DNA from: a bacterium
GTDB lineage: Bacteria > RBG-13-61-14 > DATKZS01
NCBI GenBank assembly: GCA_963674965.2
Contig: CAXXFL010000006.1
Coordinates: 1,056,001-1,120,000, forward strand
DNA: 64,000 nt
Direction of reading: 5' to 3'
Every line of letters starts with the position of its first letter. The stretch's first letter is position 1. Positions 20,614 to 30,670 of this stretch are shown here, in pieces. A program made the translations under genes and the position numbers. The notes under the pieces were generated by a model. It was not told the origin of the DNA, made no database searches, and saw only the letters and a program-made list of their open reading frames with translations.

Positions 20614-21399
20614 ATGATTGACGTACAAAGTCAGCCGGACGATCGACGTATACCGATCAAGAAGGTGGGGGTAAAGGACATCCGCTACCCCATTATCGTA
20701 AGGGACAAGGCGAGGGACACCCAGGCGACCATCGCCTCGTGCAGCATGTACGTGGACCTTCCCCAGGACTTCAAGGGCACCCACATGAGCCGCTTCATCG
20801 AGGTGCTGAACCGCCGCCACGGGCGCATTACCCTGAACAACTTCGTTAGCATCCTCGACGAGCTAAAGGAGGAACTCGAGGCCAAGTCGTCCCACGTGGT
20901 CATGGAGTTCCCCTATTTTATCGAGAAAGGCGCCCCGGTCTCGGGAGAGCGAAGCCTCATGGAATACAACTGCCGGTACATAGGCGAGATAAACCACGCC
21001 AGCAAAAACTTCCAGGTGGGCATCTCGGTTCCCGTCACCACCTTGTGCCCATGCTCCCGGGAGATGAGCGAAAGGGGCGCCCACAACCAGCGCGGCATCG
21101 TGACGGTCACCCTCGAGTTCAAGAAGTTCTTCTGGATCGAGGACGTGATCGACGTCATCGAGAGCTGCGCCAGCGCTCCGGTCTACGCCCTGCTCAAGAG
21201 GGAGGACGAGAAATACTTGACGGACCGCGCTTACGAGCACCCCATGTTCGTCGAGGACCTGGTGCGGGAGGTGACTCGCAAATTGCGAGGCGACTCCAAT
21301 TTCACCTGGTTAAAGGTGGAGGCGGAGAACTTCGAGTCCATTCACAACCACTCGGCCTACGCCATGGTCGAGTGGGAAAACGACGACGCCGGCGAGTGA
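20614..21399 (+). CDS. folE2: GTP cyclohydrolase I type IB
   Basis: KGTHMSRF, LCPCS, GAHNQR, LLKREDE, FVEDLVR, ESIHNHSA. Confidence 0.96.
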   Translation: MIDVQSQPDDRRIPIKKVGVKDIRYPIIVRDKARDTQATIASCSMYVDLPQDFKGTHMSRFIEVLNRRHGRITLNNFVSILDELKEELEAKSSHVVMEFPYFIEKGAPVSGERSLMEYNCRYIGEINHASKNFQVGISVPVTTLCPCSREMSERGAHNQRGIVTVTLEFKKFFWIEDVIDVIESCASAPVYALLKREDEKYLTDRAYEHPMFVEDLVREVTRKLRGDSNFTWLKVEAENFESIHNHSAYAMVEWENDDAGE

Positions 21400-21448
21400 C
21401 CCGGTCCCTCCCGGGGCCGTCCGACCTCGCCGCCGGGAAGGAGAAAAA

Positions 21449-21775
21449 TTGAGGGCCGGCCTCCGAGTCTCGATGATCCTTTATTTCCCCACCCTCCTGG
21501 CCGCCGGGGCCGCGCTGGCCGGTGACTTCCGACCCGAGGAGTTCGGGTCGCCCCTGTTCAGGATCCTCTTCCTGGCCTGGATAGCCGACGGCTTCGCCTG
21601 CATGGTCTACGGCGTGGCCAACCTCAAAATGGTCCTGGCGGGGGCCGACGAGCCCGCGACCGCCGCACTGAGAGGCATCGCCTCCGCCGCCGCCGTCATC
21701 ATCGGGACCCCGCCCGCCTGCATAGCCCTCGAGCTGGCGTTCAAGGCCTTGTATTACATCCGCTACGCTCTTTGA
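21449..21775 (+). CDS. Small membrane protein, hypothetical
   Basis: GGAG RBS before TTG; three hydrophobic segments. Confidence 0.55.
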   Translation: MRAGLRVSMILYFPTLLAAGAALAGDFRPEEFGSPLFRILFLAWIADGFACMVYGVANLKMVLAGADEPATAALRGIASAAAVIIGTPPACIALELAFKALYYIRYAL

Positions 21776-21900
21776 CCGCGTCGAATTGACCGCCACCCCC
21801 ATACTTGATAAATTGATAGGCCGCCGGCGTCCCGGCCTGAAACCACGCCCAATGGACGCCGAGAAGTTCAGGAGAATGTCCTCCAGGTAGGGACCCGAAA

Positions 21901-22464
21901 ATGGAACAGAGGCGTAAAGCGCTCATACGTCTTTTGCGCGACGAGAGCGAGGCGGTCAGAAAAAGCGCGGCCGAGGCCCTCGAGCGCCTTGACGGCCTTC
22001 AGAACATGGAGTCCCTTACCGAGAAGTACCGGTCGGGAGACAAGGTCATGAAGCTGAAGGTGATCTACGCCATGGCCAAGCTCAGGGCCGACGACTGCCT
22101 GCCCATCTTGATCCACGCCCTTTCCAACGAGGAGGAGGACATAAAGGCGGCGGCCGTTAGAGTACTGGGAGAGCTGGGAGACAACCGCACGCTCCAGCCC
22201 CTGGTCAAGCTGCTCGACGACTCCAGCCTTACCATCCAGACCCTCACGGTCGAGGCCCTGGCCAACTTCAGACACGACAACCTGGCTCCCCTTCTCTTGC
22301 CCCTGCTGCAACGAGACAACAAGTACCTGGTTATAGCGGCCCTCAATACCCTGGGCAGTCTTAACGCCTTCGAGGCCCTGGACCAGATCGTGCTTCTCAC
22401 CGAGAGCGAGGACCAGGAAGTAAGAAGGACGGCGGCCGAGGTGCTAGGCGAAATCGAGGGATAA
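21901..22464 (+). CDS. HEAT-repeat protein
   Basis: Repeated L.D....VR..AA.ALG units. Confidence 0.88.
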   Translation: MEQRRKALIRLLRDESEAVRKSAAEALERLDGLQNMESLTEKYRSGDKVMKLKVIYAMAKLRADDCLPILIHALSNEEEDIKAAAVRVLGELGDNRTLQPLVKLLDDSSLTIQTLTVEALANFRHDNLAPLLLPLLQRDNKYLVIAALNTLGSLNAFEALDQIVLLTESEDQEVRRTAAEVLGEIEG

Positions 22465-22488
22465 AAACGGGATCGGAAAAGGCTCTCC

Positions 22489-24699
22489 ATGAACCTTAAA
22501 AAAGAGTGGCCCTGGGCGGCCGCGCTGGCGGTCATGGCCGCGGTAATCGTCGTTCTTCCTTTTCTGGCTGGAAGGACCCTGGTCGACGATCCCAGGACCC
22601 TCGACGTGGGCAACCAGTGGATTGCCTTCGCCTCTCACCTTAAATCCTGTTATGCCTCCGGCCAATTTCCTCTCTGGGACCATCACGACCTCTGCGGGAC
22701 GCCTTTTCTCGCCTTTTCCCATACCAACTCCCTGTACCCGCCGTGGATCGGCGCTCACCTGGCCTTCGACGGCTACTCGACGGCCGCGCCGATGGACATG
22801 CTTTTCCATCTTATCCTGGCCGCTCTTGGCGCATACGCCGCGCTCAGGGCGATGGACGTCTCAAGGCCATCTTCATTTCTCGGGGCCATGGCCTACGCCT
22901 TCTCGGGTTTTATCTTCGCCAATATCAATTTCCCTCCGTCCCTGCACACGGGGGCCTGGCTGGCCTGCTGGTACGCGGCTTGTTTTCATCTTCTTAAAAA
23001 AGGAAACCTGGCGGTATTCATCCTGGCCTCGGTCTGCGTGGCGGGCATGGCGCTGGGCGGAGACCTGGAAATGATGGTCTATGGCCTGTTGGGAATGTGC
23101 TTCGAGCTGTGGATGAGGAAAAGGGAGCGCGACCTGACCCTCGAGCGGGTCATGACGCCCGCCTTATCGGTGGGCGTGGGCCTCCTCGCGGCTGCGGCTC
23201 TTTTGCTGCCCGCTCAGGAATTCCAGGCCCTTTCCATACGCTCGGCCGGGGATTTCAGGCCCGCGATCGGCTTGTCCCAGGCATTGTTCCTGCCGCTTCT
23301 CGCCGTTTTCCAGGTCCCACTTCCGGCCGACCTTTACCCGCCCAACAACGGCTTGGACCCCTGGTATCTGGGCGTCATTCCCCTCATGTTCCTGGCGGTC
23401 GCCGTCAAAGCCGGGCATAAGCTAAGCAAAAGGGCGTGGATTTTTCCCGTAGCCGCGGCCTACGCGATCATTTTTTACGCCTATCCTTTCAAAGTCTTAA
23501 CCTCGAGGGTCCCTATATTAGGAAGCATGATAGTCCCCTTCCGCGCCTGGCCGGTGCTTACGATCTTCTTCCTCATCGCCGCCGCCGCCGGCATGGATCA
23601 CTGGCTGGGCCATGATAAAGAAGCCGACCCCGGGACCGGGAAGACGGGAATATTGCCCCTCGGCGTGAAAGGCGCATGGTTCGCCGCCGCCTTCGCCGCC
23701 GCCGTCGGCTTATCTCTGGTCCTTACCCAGCGTGGAATCGTAAGCGGGCTCGTCTTCTGTCTGGCCTTGGCGGGGGCGGCCCTTTATTCCCTCAAGGCTA
23801 CCACCTCATTGACCCGTTCCCGCAGAGCGGCTTTGATCCTGCTCATCGCCGGCCTGGACCTTTACCTTTCCGCTCTTGCCTGGTCGCCCCGCGCGGACCC
23901 CGAGGACCTCGACTTCGACCGCAGGGTCATTCCCTTTCTGGCCGACTCCTCCGGCGAATCGCGCTACGCCGTCGTATCCATTCTGGGCATCATCGATCCC
24001 GGCCTTCCCTACCACCTGGGACTGAGAATTAACGCCGATACCATCGACTCCTTTTCAAGGGTCCCGCCACGCGACTCGGCCCTCCGCCTGGCCAGGTTGT
24101 ACCCTCCCCTTATCAAGCGGGAAAAGGGGAAACTCATAAACTACGACCAGATGGCCCTCCGATCACCCGACAATATCGATCCCAGGGAGCTTTCGCTTTT
24201 CAATGCAATGAACGTGAGATGGATCGTCTCCCGCTTTCCCTGGGACCCGGGGCCTCCCTTAAATCTTAAGCCGAGACTTTCCGAGCCGGGCATGCGCGTA
24301 TACGAGAACCTGGCGGCCGCGCCCAGGGCCTATTTCAGGCGGGCCGGGCGCGTGACGCCGGCCAGGGTCACGCACGACTCCCCCAATTCCGTCTTGATCG
24401 AGACGCCGGAAAAGGGAGAAGGTTCTTCCCATGGAAAGGCGGAGTTGAACCTCGCCCAGTCATGGTACCCGGGCTGGAATTTCACCAGCGGCGAAGAAAG
24501 GATAATGACGCGCGAGACCGACCTTGGCTTCGTGGCCGCCGACCTCGAGGTCCCGGCCGTCATTCGCGCCTGGTTCGCGCCCGTTAGTTTCAGGACCGGC
24601 CTCTGGATCAGCCTCTCCACCATGGCCGCCGGCCTCATCGCGGTCACGCACAAGGCGGCCTCGGTACTCCGCGGGAAGGGGCGAACCCAAGGGCGTTGA
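22489..24699 (+). CDS. YfhO-like / GT-C membrane glycosyltransferase
   Basis: G.FPLW...GTPF....LYP motif, many TM helices, C-terminal WYPGW. Confidence 0.8.
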   Translation: MNLKKEWPWAAALAVMAAVIVVLPFLAGRTLVDDPRTLDVGNQWIAFASHLKSCYASGQFPLWDHHDLCGTPFLAFSHTNSLYPPWIGAHLAFDGYSTAAPMDMLFHLILAALGAYAALRAMDVSRPSSFLGAMAYAFSGFIFANINFPPSLHTGAWLACWYAACFHLLKKGNLAVFILASVCVAGMALGGDLEMMVYGLLGMCFELWMRKRERDLTLERVMTPALSVGVGLLAAAALLLPAQEFQALSIRSAGDFRPAIGLSQALFLPLLAVFQVPLPADLYPPNNGLDPWYLGVIPLMFLAVAVKAGHKLSKRAWIFPVAAAYAIIFYAYPFKVLTSRVPILGSMIVPFRAWPVLTIFFLIAAAAGMDHWLGHDKEADPGTGKTGILPLGVKGAWFAAAFAAAVGLSLVLTQRGIVSGLVFCLALAGAALYSLKATTSLTRSRRAALILLIAGLDLYLSALAWSPRADPEDLDFDRRVIPFLADSSGESRYAVVSILGIIDPGLPYHLGLRINADTIDSFSRVPPRDSALRLARLYPPLIKREKGKLINYDQMALRSPDNIDPRELSLFNAMNVRWIVSRFPWDPGPPLNLKPRLSEPGMRVYENLAAAPRAYFRRAGRVTPARVTHDSPNSVLIETPEKGEGSSHGKAELNLAQSWYPGWNFTSGEERIMTRETDLGFVAADLEVPAVIRAWFAPVSFRTGLWISLSTMAAGLIAVTHKAASVLRGKGRTQGR

Positions 24700-24849
24700 A
24701 CAAACTCTTATTATTTGCTCTTGATATTTGAATATTGCGAGAGCAGAATAATATGAGACGACGCCTGAAAGTTTGGCGTCGGACGATAATTCACGGCGGG
24801 CGGGCATTTCGTCCGCTGGTCGCTCTTCTCTTTATGGGAGGTGGAGAAA

Positions 24850-25893
24850 ATGGGCAAGATTGAAAGAGTGGGGGTATTGACGGGCGGGGGAGACTGTCCC
24901 GGCCTGAACGCGGTCATCCGCGCCATCGTGGTCCGCGGCCTTCGCAAGTACAACTTCAAGATGATCGGCATACTCAACGGCTGGGCCGGCCTTCTCGATT
25001 ACGAGTGGAAGTCCCTGGACCGCGACTCGGTCAGCGGCATCGTGCATCGGGGCGGGACCATACTTGGCACCAGCCGGACCAACCCCCTCAAGACCCCGGA
25101 GGTCACGGCCCTGACCATCGAGAACTACAAGAAGCTGCGCCTGGACGGGCTCATCGCCATCGGCGGCGACGACACCCTGGGTGCGGCGGCCCGCCTGTGC
25201 AACGAGGGCATGAACATCGTGGGCATTCCCAAGACCATCGATAACGACGTGCAGGGCACCGACTACACCTTCGGCTTCGACACGGCGGTCGAGATAGCGA
25301 CCGAGGCCATCGACCGTCTTCACTCGACGGCCGAGGCCCACCACCGCGTCATCGTGGTCGAGGTAATGGGACGTCACGCGGGCTGGATAGCCACCTACGC
25401 CGGAATGGCCGGCGGGGCCGACATGGTCCTCATTCCCGAGCTTCCCTTCGACCTGAACGAGGTCGTGCACGCCATTAACGCCAGGAGGGAGAGGGGCAAG
25501 ACCTTCTCCATCGTGGTCATAGCCGAGGGGGCCTACCCCCAGGGCAAGAAAGACGAATACTTAAAGAGCGACAAGGTCGACGACTTCGGGAACATTCACC
25601 TGGGAGGGGTCGGCCACGTCCTGGCCAAGGACCTGGGCCAGATGACGGGGATGGACGTTCGCACCACCATTCTCGGCCACACTCAAAGGGGAGGAAAACC
25701 CACCGCCTGGGACCGGGTGCTGGGGACCAGGTACGGCGTGGTGGCCGTGGACATGGTGGCCCAGGAAAAATGGGGATACATGGCCGCCCTCAAGGGGTTC
25801 GAGGTGGTGCCATCCCCCCTCGCCGAGAGCGCCCAGGAAAATAAAACCGTGCCCCTGCACATTTACGACGTGGCGAAAAACTTCTTCGGCTAA
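24850..25893 (+). CDS. pfkA: 6-phosphofructokinase (group III, predicted PPi-dependent)
   Basis: TGGGDCPGLN, GGDDT, PKTIDND, VMGR, LGHTQRGG. Confidence 0.92.
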   Translation: MGKIERVGVLTGGGDCPGLNAVIRAIVVRGLRKYNFKMIGILNGWAGLLDYEWKSLDRDSVSGIVHRGGTILGTSRTNPLKTPEVTALTIENYKKLRLDGLIAIGGDDTLGAAARLCNEGMNIVGIPKTIDNDVQGTDYTFGFDTAVEIATEAIDRLHSTAEAHHRVIVVEVMGRHAGWIATYAGMAGGADMVLIPELPFDLNEVVHAINARRERGKTFSIVVIAEGAYPQGKKDEYLKSDKVDDFGNIHLGGVGHVLAKDLGQMTGMDVRTTILGHTQRGGKPTAWDRVLGTRYGVVAVDMVAQEKWGYMAALKGFEVVPSPLAESAQENKTVPLHIYDVAKNFFG

Positions 25894-25913
25894 CAACTCG
25901 AACAAAGCTTTAT

Positions 25914-25949
25914 GGCCCGCTCTTCGCCGGGTGAAGAGCGGGCCTTTTT
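25914..25949 (+). terminator. Intrinsic terminator after pfk
   Basis: GGCCCGCTCTTC...GAAGAGCGGGCC followed by TTTTT. Confidence 0.88.
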
Positions 25950-25991
25950 ATGAGCCTCTTTCAGGAACCAGACCCGAATGAAAGGAAAACC

Positions 25992-26867
25992 ATGTCCCCG
26001 CCAACGATAGAAATCGACAAGGAAAAATGCATCGAGTGCGGCCTGTGCGCCAAAGACTGCGTCAGCGGAGTCATCGCGGCCGAGAATAATACTCCCCGCG
26101 TGGCTCATCCCGAGTGGTGCAACCGATGCAGCCATTGCCTTTGCGTCTGCCCGGTCCAGGCCATAAGCCACTCGGGCCTTAAGGCCGCCGGGTCGCGCCC
26201 CCTCCAGCGCGAGCGGCTGTCGCCCGAGTCCTACAAGGAGGCGGTCCTGGCGAGAAGGAGCGTAAGATGGTACAAGCCCGAGCCCCTCGGGAAGGAGACG
26301 ATCGAGGAGGTTCTCGAGGTGGCCTCTTATTCCCCCACGGCCAGCAACGCGTTGGACGTAAGCTACACGGTCATAACCGACCCGAGGCTGATCGGGCAAG
26401 CCGGCGAGTCGGTCTTCCGGGTGGGAGAGAAACTAAAGAAACTGGTCGACTCGCCCTGGCTGAAACCGTTTCTGGCGAAGAAGGAAAAGGGCGGAAAACC
26501 AGGGACCCTGCAAAGGTACATGGACCGCTTCGATATTTACAAGGAACTGTACGAGGGGGGAAGAGACGTTATCTGCTATAACGCGCCCGCCCTCATTCTC
26601 ATCCACGGTCCCAAAAAGGGCAGGTTCGCCCGCGACAACTGCGCCATCGCGGCGACCAATATAAGCAACTACGCCGCGTCCATGGGTCTGGGCACGTGCT
26701 ACATCGGACTGCTGGTTGTGGTAATGGACTGGAGCCGCGGCCTGCGAAGGAAGCTGGGAGCGCCGGAGGACAGAAAGACCTACCTGGCCCTCACCCTCGG
26801 ACGCCCCTCTTACAAATACGCCAACACTCCCGTCCGTCCCCCGCCTAACGTCAGGTGGGTGGGTTAA
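25992..26867 (+). CDS. Nitroreductase with N-terminal 2x[4Fe-4S] ferredoxin domain
   Basis: CIECGLCAKDC, CNRCSHCLCVCP, RRSVR, SPTASN, GLGTCYIG. Confidence 0.9.
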   Translation: MSPPTIEIDKEKCIECGLCAKDCVSGVIAAENNTPRVAHPEWCNRCSHCLCVCPVQAISHSGLKAAGSRPLQRERLSPESYKEAVLARRSVRWYKPEPLGKETIEEVLEVASYSPTASNALDVSYTVITDPRLIGQAGESVFRVGEKLKKLVDSPWLKPFLAKKEKGGKPGTLQRYMDRFDIYKELYEGGRDVICYNAPALILIHGPKKGRFARDNCAIAATNISNYAASMGLGTCYIGLLVVVMDWSRGLRRKLGAPEDRKTYLALTLGRPSYKYANTPVRPPPNVRWVG

Positions 26868-26894
26868 AGTAGCAAGGCGAGGAAAAGAGAGAAT

Positions 26895-26937
26895 AAAAAG
26901 GATAACCCGGAGGCAAGTTCTCCCGCCGGGTTATCCT
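26895..26937 (-). terminator. Intrinsic terminator between convergent genes
   Basis: AGGATAACCCGG...CCGGGTTATCCT preceded by an A-run. Confidence 0.75.
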
Positions 26938-26953
26938 GATATTTATCAACTCC

Positions 26954-27592
26954 CTAGTAAGCCGCGCAGGCGACTCCCGGAAAATTACTCTCCAGGCCCG
27001 CTCCTCCCTGGCTCCCGAACACGGCGCTTTGAAACTGTTCCGAGGCCATGTCCGCCGCCAATTGATTGAGCACTTTAATAAGGGCCTTGTTGACCGTAGG
27101 ATCGAAATCGTACCATCCGCTCCCTTTTCCGATGTACTCCTTTTGCCATAATACGTTCCCATCCGGGCTCGTTACCTTCACGTCCATTTTTATAGTGCCC
27201 CAGTTAAACACAAGCGGGAAAAACCAAGTGTAATTATAGAACTTGAACTTCTTCACCTCTACCGAAATCGCCGGGTTGTCAGAGACGGGAGGATTGCCGT
27301 CTATGACCTCGGTCTTATAGCCCACGTGCTGGACCGTCTCGTTCACCACCCGCATCAGTTCCTCATCCGGCTGCCCCTCCACCTTGATCTTGGCCACGGG
27401 GATGAAGAAAACCGTGAACGTGCCCCAACCGATTCCCTTTTTCATGGTCGGGCATTTCTTGGCCACGGTCAGTTCCCCGTCCGCCTTGGGTACCTGATCG
27501 AGGTTTCTCGTCGTCAGCTTGGCCGAGCACGAGGCAATAAATACGGCCAGCGTTATCACCGAAATAACCGTCAAAGCTTTTTTCGTTTTCAT
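26954..27592 (-). CDS. Lipoprotein, hypothetical
   Basis: AGGAG RBS, MKTKK signal peptide, lipobox IASC. Confidence 0.75.
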   Translation of the reverse strand: MKTKKALTVISVITLAVFIASCSAKLTTRNLDQVPKADGELTVAKKCPTMKKGIGWGTFTVFFIPVAKIKVEGQPDEELMRVVNETVQHVGYKTEVIDGNPPVSDNPAISVEVKKFKFYNYTWFFPLVFNWGTIKMDVKVTSPDGNVLWQKEYIGKGSGWYDFDPTVNKALIKVLNQLAADMASEQFQSAVFGSQGGAGLESNFPGVACAAY

Positions 27593-27882
27593 CAATCTCA
27601 CTCCTTTTTCTTTTTCGTTATACTCCAAATAATGACCTCTATATTATGCCTGGCGTCCTGATCCAATGAGTCGATCGAATCCCCGACGCGGGCTGATTTT
27701 ATTAAAATCTATGGACTGGTATTAAAATATGCGAAATGTTAAAGCGTGGCGCGTTGTCAACGATAGTATTTTCTCCTCCGTCTTTCCCGGGCTGATTATT
27801 CGTCTAACACTTTCCTAACATTATACATACTACCCTTTTCAAAGCAAGGGAGGAAAAGAGTTTAAAAGATGAAAAGGCCGGT

Positions 27883-28149
27883 TTAGAAAAAGTATCTTAT
27901 CACGGCGAGGACGGCGGCCCCCAAAAAGAACAAAATCATGAGGAGGAAATAAAAATCGAACACGGCCGAGGGAACGAAGGTCGCGGGCCGCGGATTATCC
28001 GGGAGGACGTTCCGCTCCCAGAGCCTTGGCTTTGCGTCCTTCCTCGGGGGTATAAAGGCCAGGGCGAAGACCAGGACGATGCCCGCCAATATCAGCGCGC
28101 AAACGCCGAGTACTATGAACTCTCTTGTCTTATACCACTCGATTTCCAT
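27883..28149 (-). CDS. Small two-TM membrane protein
   Basis: 88 aa with two clear hydrophobic helices. Confidence 0.65.
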   Translation of the reverse strand: MEIEWYKTREFIVLGVCALILAGIVLVFALAFIPPRKDAKPRLWERNVLPDNPRPATFVPSAVFDFYFLLMILFFLGAAVLAVIRYFF

Positions 28150-28207
28150 GGATGGGTCCGGTCCCTCGGGACGGCGGAGTTGTAACTTGAAGGCCCGCCG
28201 GCGCCTA

Positions 28208-28840
28208 TTACTCTTCCCGGCCGGCGCCGCTTTTTATCGAGTAGATGGGCATCTCGACGCCTGAAACCTTGATCCGCGTAATGGTGGTCTCGAAGGTCTC
28301 GGGATTGGACAGGGCCTCAAAGGCGGCCTTGGTCAGAAGGGTCTCGCCGCGCTCGGCCACGTCCTCCCCCAGCTTGGAGGCGTAGTTCATCTCGTTGCCG
28401 TAAACGCCCTCGTGGTCCGAGCGCAGGACCCGCCCGAACCCGATGCCCACGCAAACGCCGAACCTGTCATTACCGCTTACCAGGGGAACGGGGTTGTCCT
28501 CGAAATGGCGGTGGACCGCGAAGGCCGCTTCCACCGCGTCGTCCACGTTTTTGAACTCGGCGTAAAAATTGTCCGCGTGGGCCCTCGAGTCGATGGCGCC
28601 GTAGCGGCCCGCTATCTCGAAGCAGACCTCACGCAGCCGATAGATGATGGCCAGGAAAAAAGCCGGACCCAGGGCCTTGGTCGAGCGGGTGAAGCCCGTC
28701 GAGTCCATGACCAGGGCGGCGCAGGTCTCGCCGAACCTTTTGGTAAGCTCGGCGTCAAGGTCCGTAAAGTCGATATCGTCCTCGATCGACTCCCCAATAA
28801 AATTGAATAATTTGTCCGGTCTGTTCATGACAAGTTCCAT
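28208..28840 (-). CDS. Stand-alone class III adenylate/guanylate cyclase domain protein
   Basis: DSTGFT, ADNF, VGIGFG, YGNEMNYASKLGED. Confidence 0.85.
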   Translation of the reverse strand: MELVMNRPDKLFNFIGESIEDDIDFTDLDAELTKRFGETCAALVMDSTGFTRSTKALGPAFFLAIIYRLREVCFEIAGRYGAIDSRAHADNFYAEFKNVDDAVEAAFAVHRHFEDNPVPLVSGNDRFGVCVGIGFGRVLRSDHEGVYGNEMNYASKLGEDVAERGETLLTKAAFEALSNPETFETTITRIKVSGVEMPIYSIKSGAGREE

Positions 28841-29053
28841 TCGCGGGCCGGCTTTCGAGCGACGGGCATGTTTCGATTTTAGAAGAGACGCTTGGATTAT
28901 GCAAATTTTTCCCGGGCCTTCATGAGGCGGGCCTCGTTTCGCGGCGGTTGGCGCCGGCCGCGGCCGGGAAAAATTTTACGATTGACAAAGCCCCGGGGAT
29001 TGTGAAAGATTATTCGGACAAGGAAGACTCTACCCAAGGAAATGGAGACTAAA

Positions 29054-30670
29054 ATGAAAAGGACCGCTTTTCTCACGCTTGTTTTTTTAACGGCTTTATT
29101 TATCGGCTCGGCGGAGGCGTTCGCTTTCGAGTGCTCGGACCCGGTCCAGACGGACTCGGGTCTCATCCGGGGCCTGGAGGAGGCGGGGTCCTCGGCCTGC
29201 GTCTGGAAAGGAATACCCTTCGCGGCGGCCCCCGTCGGAGATTTAAGGTGGGCCGCTCCCCATCCCGCGCCGGCCTGGAGCGGCGTGCGCGACGCCGACC
29301 ACTGGGGAGACAGGTGCATGCAGTCGGGACTCATGGCCATCGAGCGGACGGTGAGCAAGGAGGGCATGTCCGAGGACTGCCTATATCTCAACGTGTGGCG
29401 GCCGAAAAAATCGGGCGTGTTCCCGGTCATGGTCTGGGTCCACGGCGGCGGCTATTACGGCGGGGCGGGCACGACTCCCTGGTACTGGGGCGACCGCCTG
29501 GCGGAAAAGGGCGACCTGGTGGTGGTCACCACCAACTACCGTCTCAACGTCTTCGGCTTCCTGGCCCATCCGGCCCTGGCCGAGGAGGACCCGAACGACT
29601 CGACCGGCGGCTACGCCACTCTCGATCAGGTCGAGGCCCTGAGATGGGTGCATGAGAACATCGCCAACTTCGGGGGGGACCCGAGCAACGTCACCATTTT
29701 CGGGGAGTCGGCCGGGGGATGGAGCATCTGCACCCTCCTGGCCACGCCCCTGGCCCGGGACCTCTTCCACCGCGCCATACTCGAAAGCGGCGGATGCGAG
29801 CAAAGCCGGGACTTGACCGAGGGCTACGAGACCGCCTATAAAGTGGCCGAGGCCGTGGGCTGCCAACCCAACGACGTCGAGTGCATGAGGGAAGTACCGG
29901 CGAAAAAACTCCTCAAAAAATCGGTGGGGGGAATGGGAGACTTCAGCTATATGCCCCATCACGACGGCTACGTGCTCAAGGCCACGCCCCTCCAGATGAT
30001 CAGGGAGGGCGACTATAACAAGGTCCCCTTCATGGCGGGATCGAACAGGGACGAGTTCGGCAAGGCCATGAAGCTTATCCCCAAATATTATTACGCCAGG
30101 CCTAATAAGTACGAGGATAAGCTGATCGAGGAGTTCGGCCTGAGCAAGAAGCTGGCCCGGGAGCTGGTCGAGCTTTATCCCCTCTCCGAGTTCGATAATC
30201 GCCCGGTCGAGGCCTACGGCAGGATGTTCGGCGTCGACGCGGCCCTGGCCTGCCCGACCTATCTCGGGCTTTTGGCCGCGTCTGATCAGGACAACAAGAC
30301 CTTTTACTACAGGTTCGAGTACGACGACTTCCTCTACGGCAAGTACATGGGCGCGGCCCACGCCATGGAGATACCCTTCGTGTTCGGCAACCTCGACCGC
30401 GCTCCCGCCGACATGCTCTACAAGGGCGACAACCTCGAGAAGGCAAGCGCCCTGTCCGAGATCATGATGGGCTACTGGATCAACTTCGCCAGGACGGGCG
30501 ACCCCAACGGGGAAGGGCTTCCCCAGTGGCCCGAGTTCGAGAGCGACGACCAGCGGATCATGATCCTGGACAACGAGGTCTATCCCATCTCCTCGGACAT
30601 GGCCGAGAGGTGCGAGTTCTGGGACGAAAATAAGGGCGACGTCGAGGACTTGAGGAAGGCCCTCAGGTAG
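29054..30670 (+). CDS. Secreted type-B carboxylesterase
   Basis: Signal peptide, GIPFAA, SEDCLYLNVW, HGGG, GESAG, catalytic His in AAHAMEI. Confidence 0.95.
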   Translation: MKRTAFLTLVFLTALFIGSAEAFAFECSDPVQTDSGLIRGLEEAGSSACVWKGIPFAAAPVGDLRWAAPHPAPAWSGVRDADHWGDRCMQSGLMAIERTVSKEGMSEDCLYLNVWRPKKSGVFPVMVWVHGGGYYGGAGTTPWYWGDRLAEKGDLVVVTTNYRLNVFGFLAHPALAEEDPNDSTGGYATLDQVEALRWVHENIANFGGDPSNVTIFGESAGGWSICTLLATPLARDLFHRAILESGGCEQSRDLTEGYETAYKVAEAVGCQPNDVECMREVPAKKLLKKSVGGMGDFSYMPHHDGYVLKATPLQMIREGDYNKVPFMAGSNRDEFGKAMKLIPKYYYARPNKYEDKLIEEFGLSKKLARELVELYPLSEFDNRPVEAYGRMFGVDAALACPTYLGLLAASDQDNKTFYYRFEYDDFLYGKYMGAAHAMEIPFVFGNLDRAPADMLYKGDNLEKASALSEIMMGYWINFARTGDPNGEGLPQWPEFESDDQRIMILDNEVYPISSDMAERCEFWDENKGDVEDLRKALR

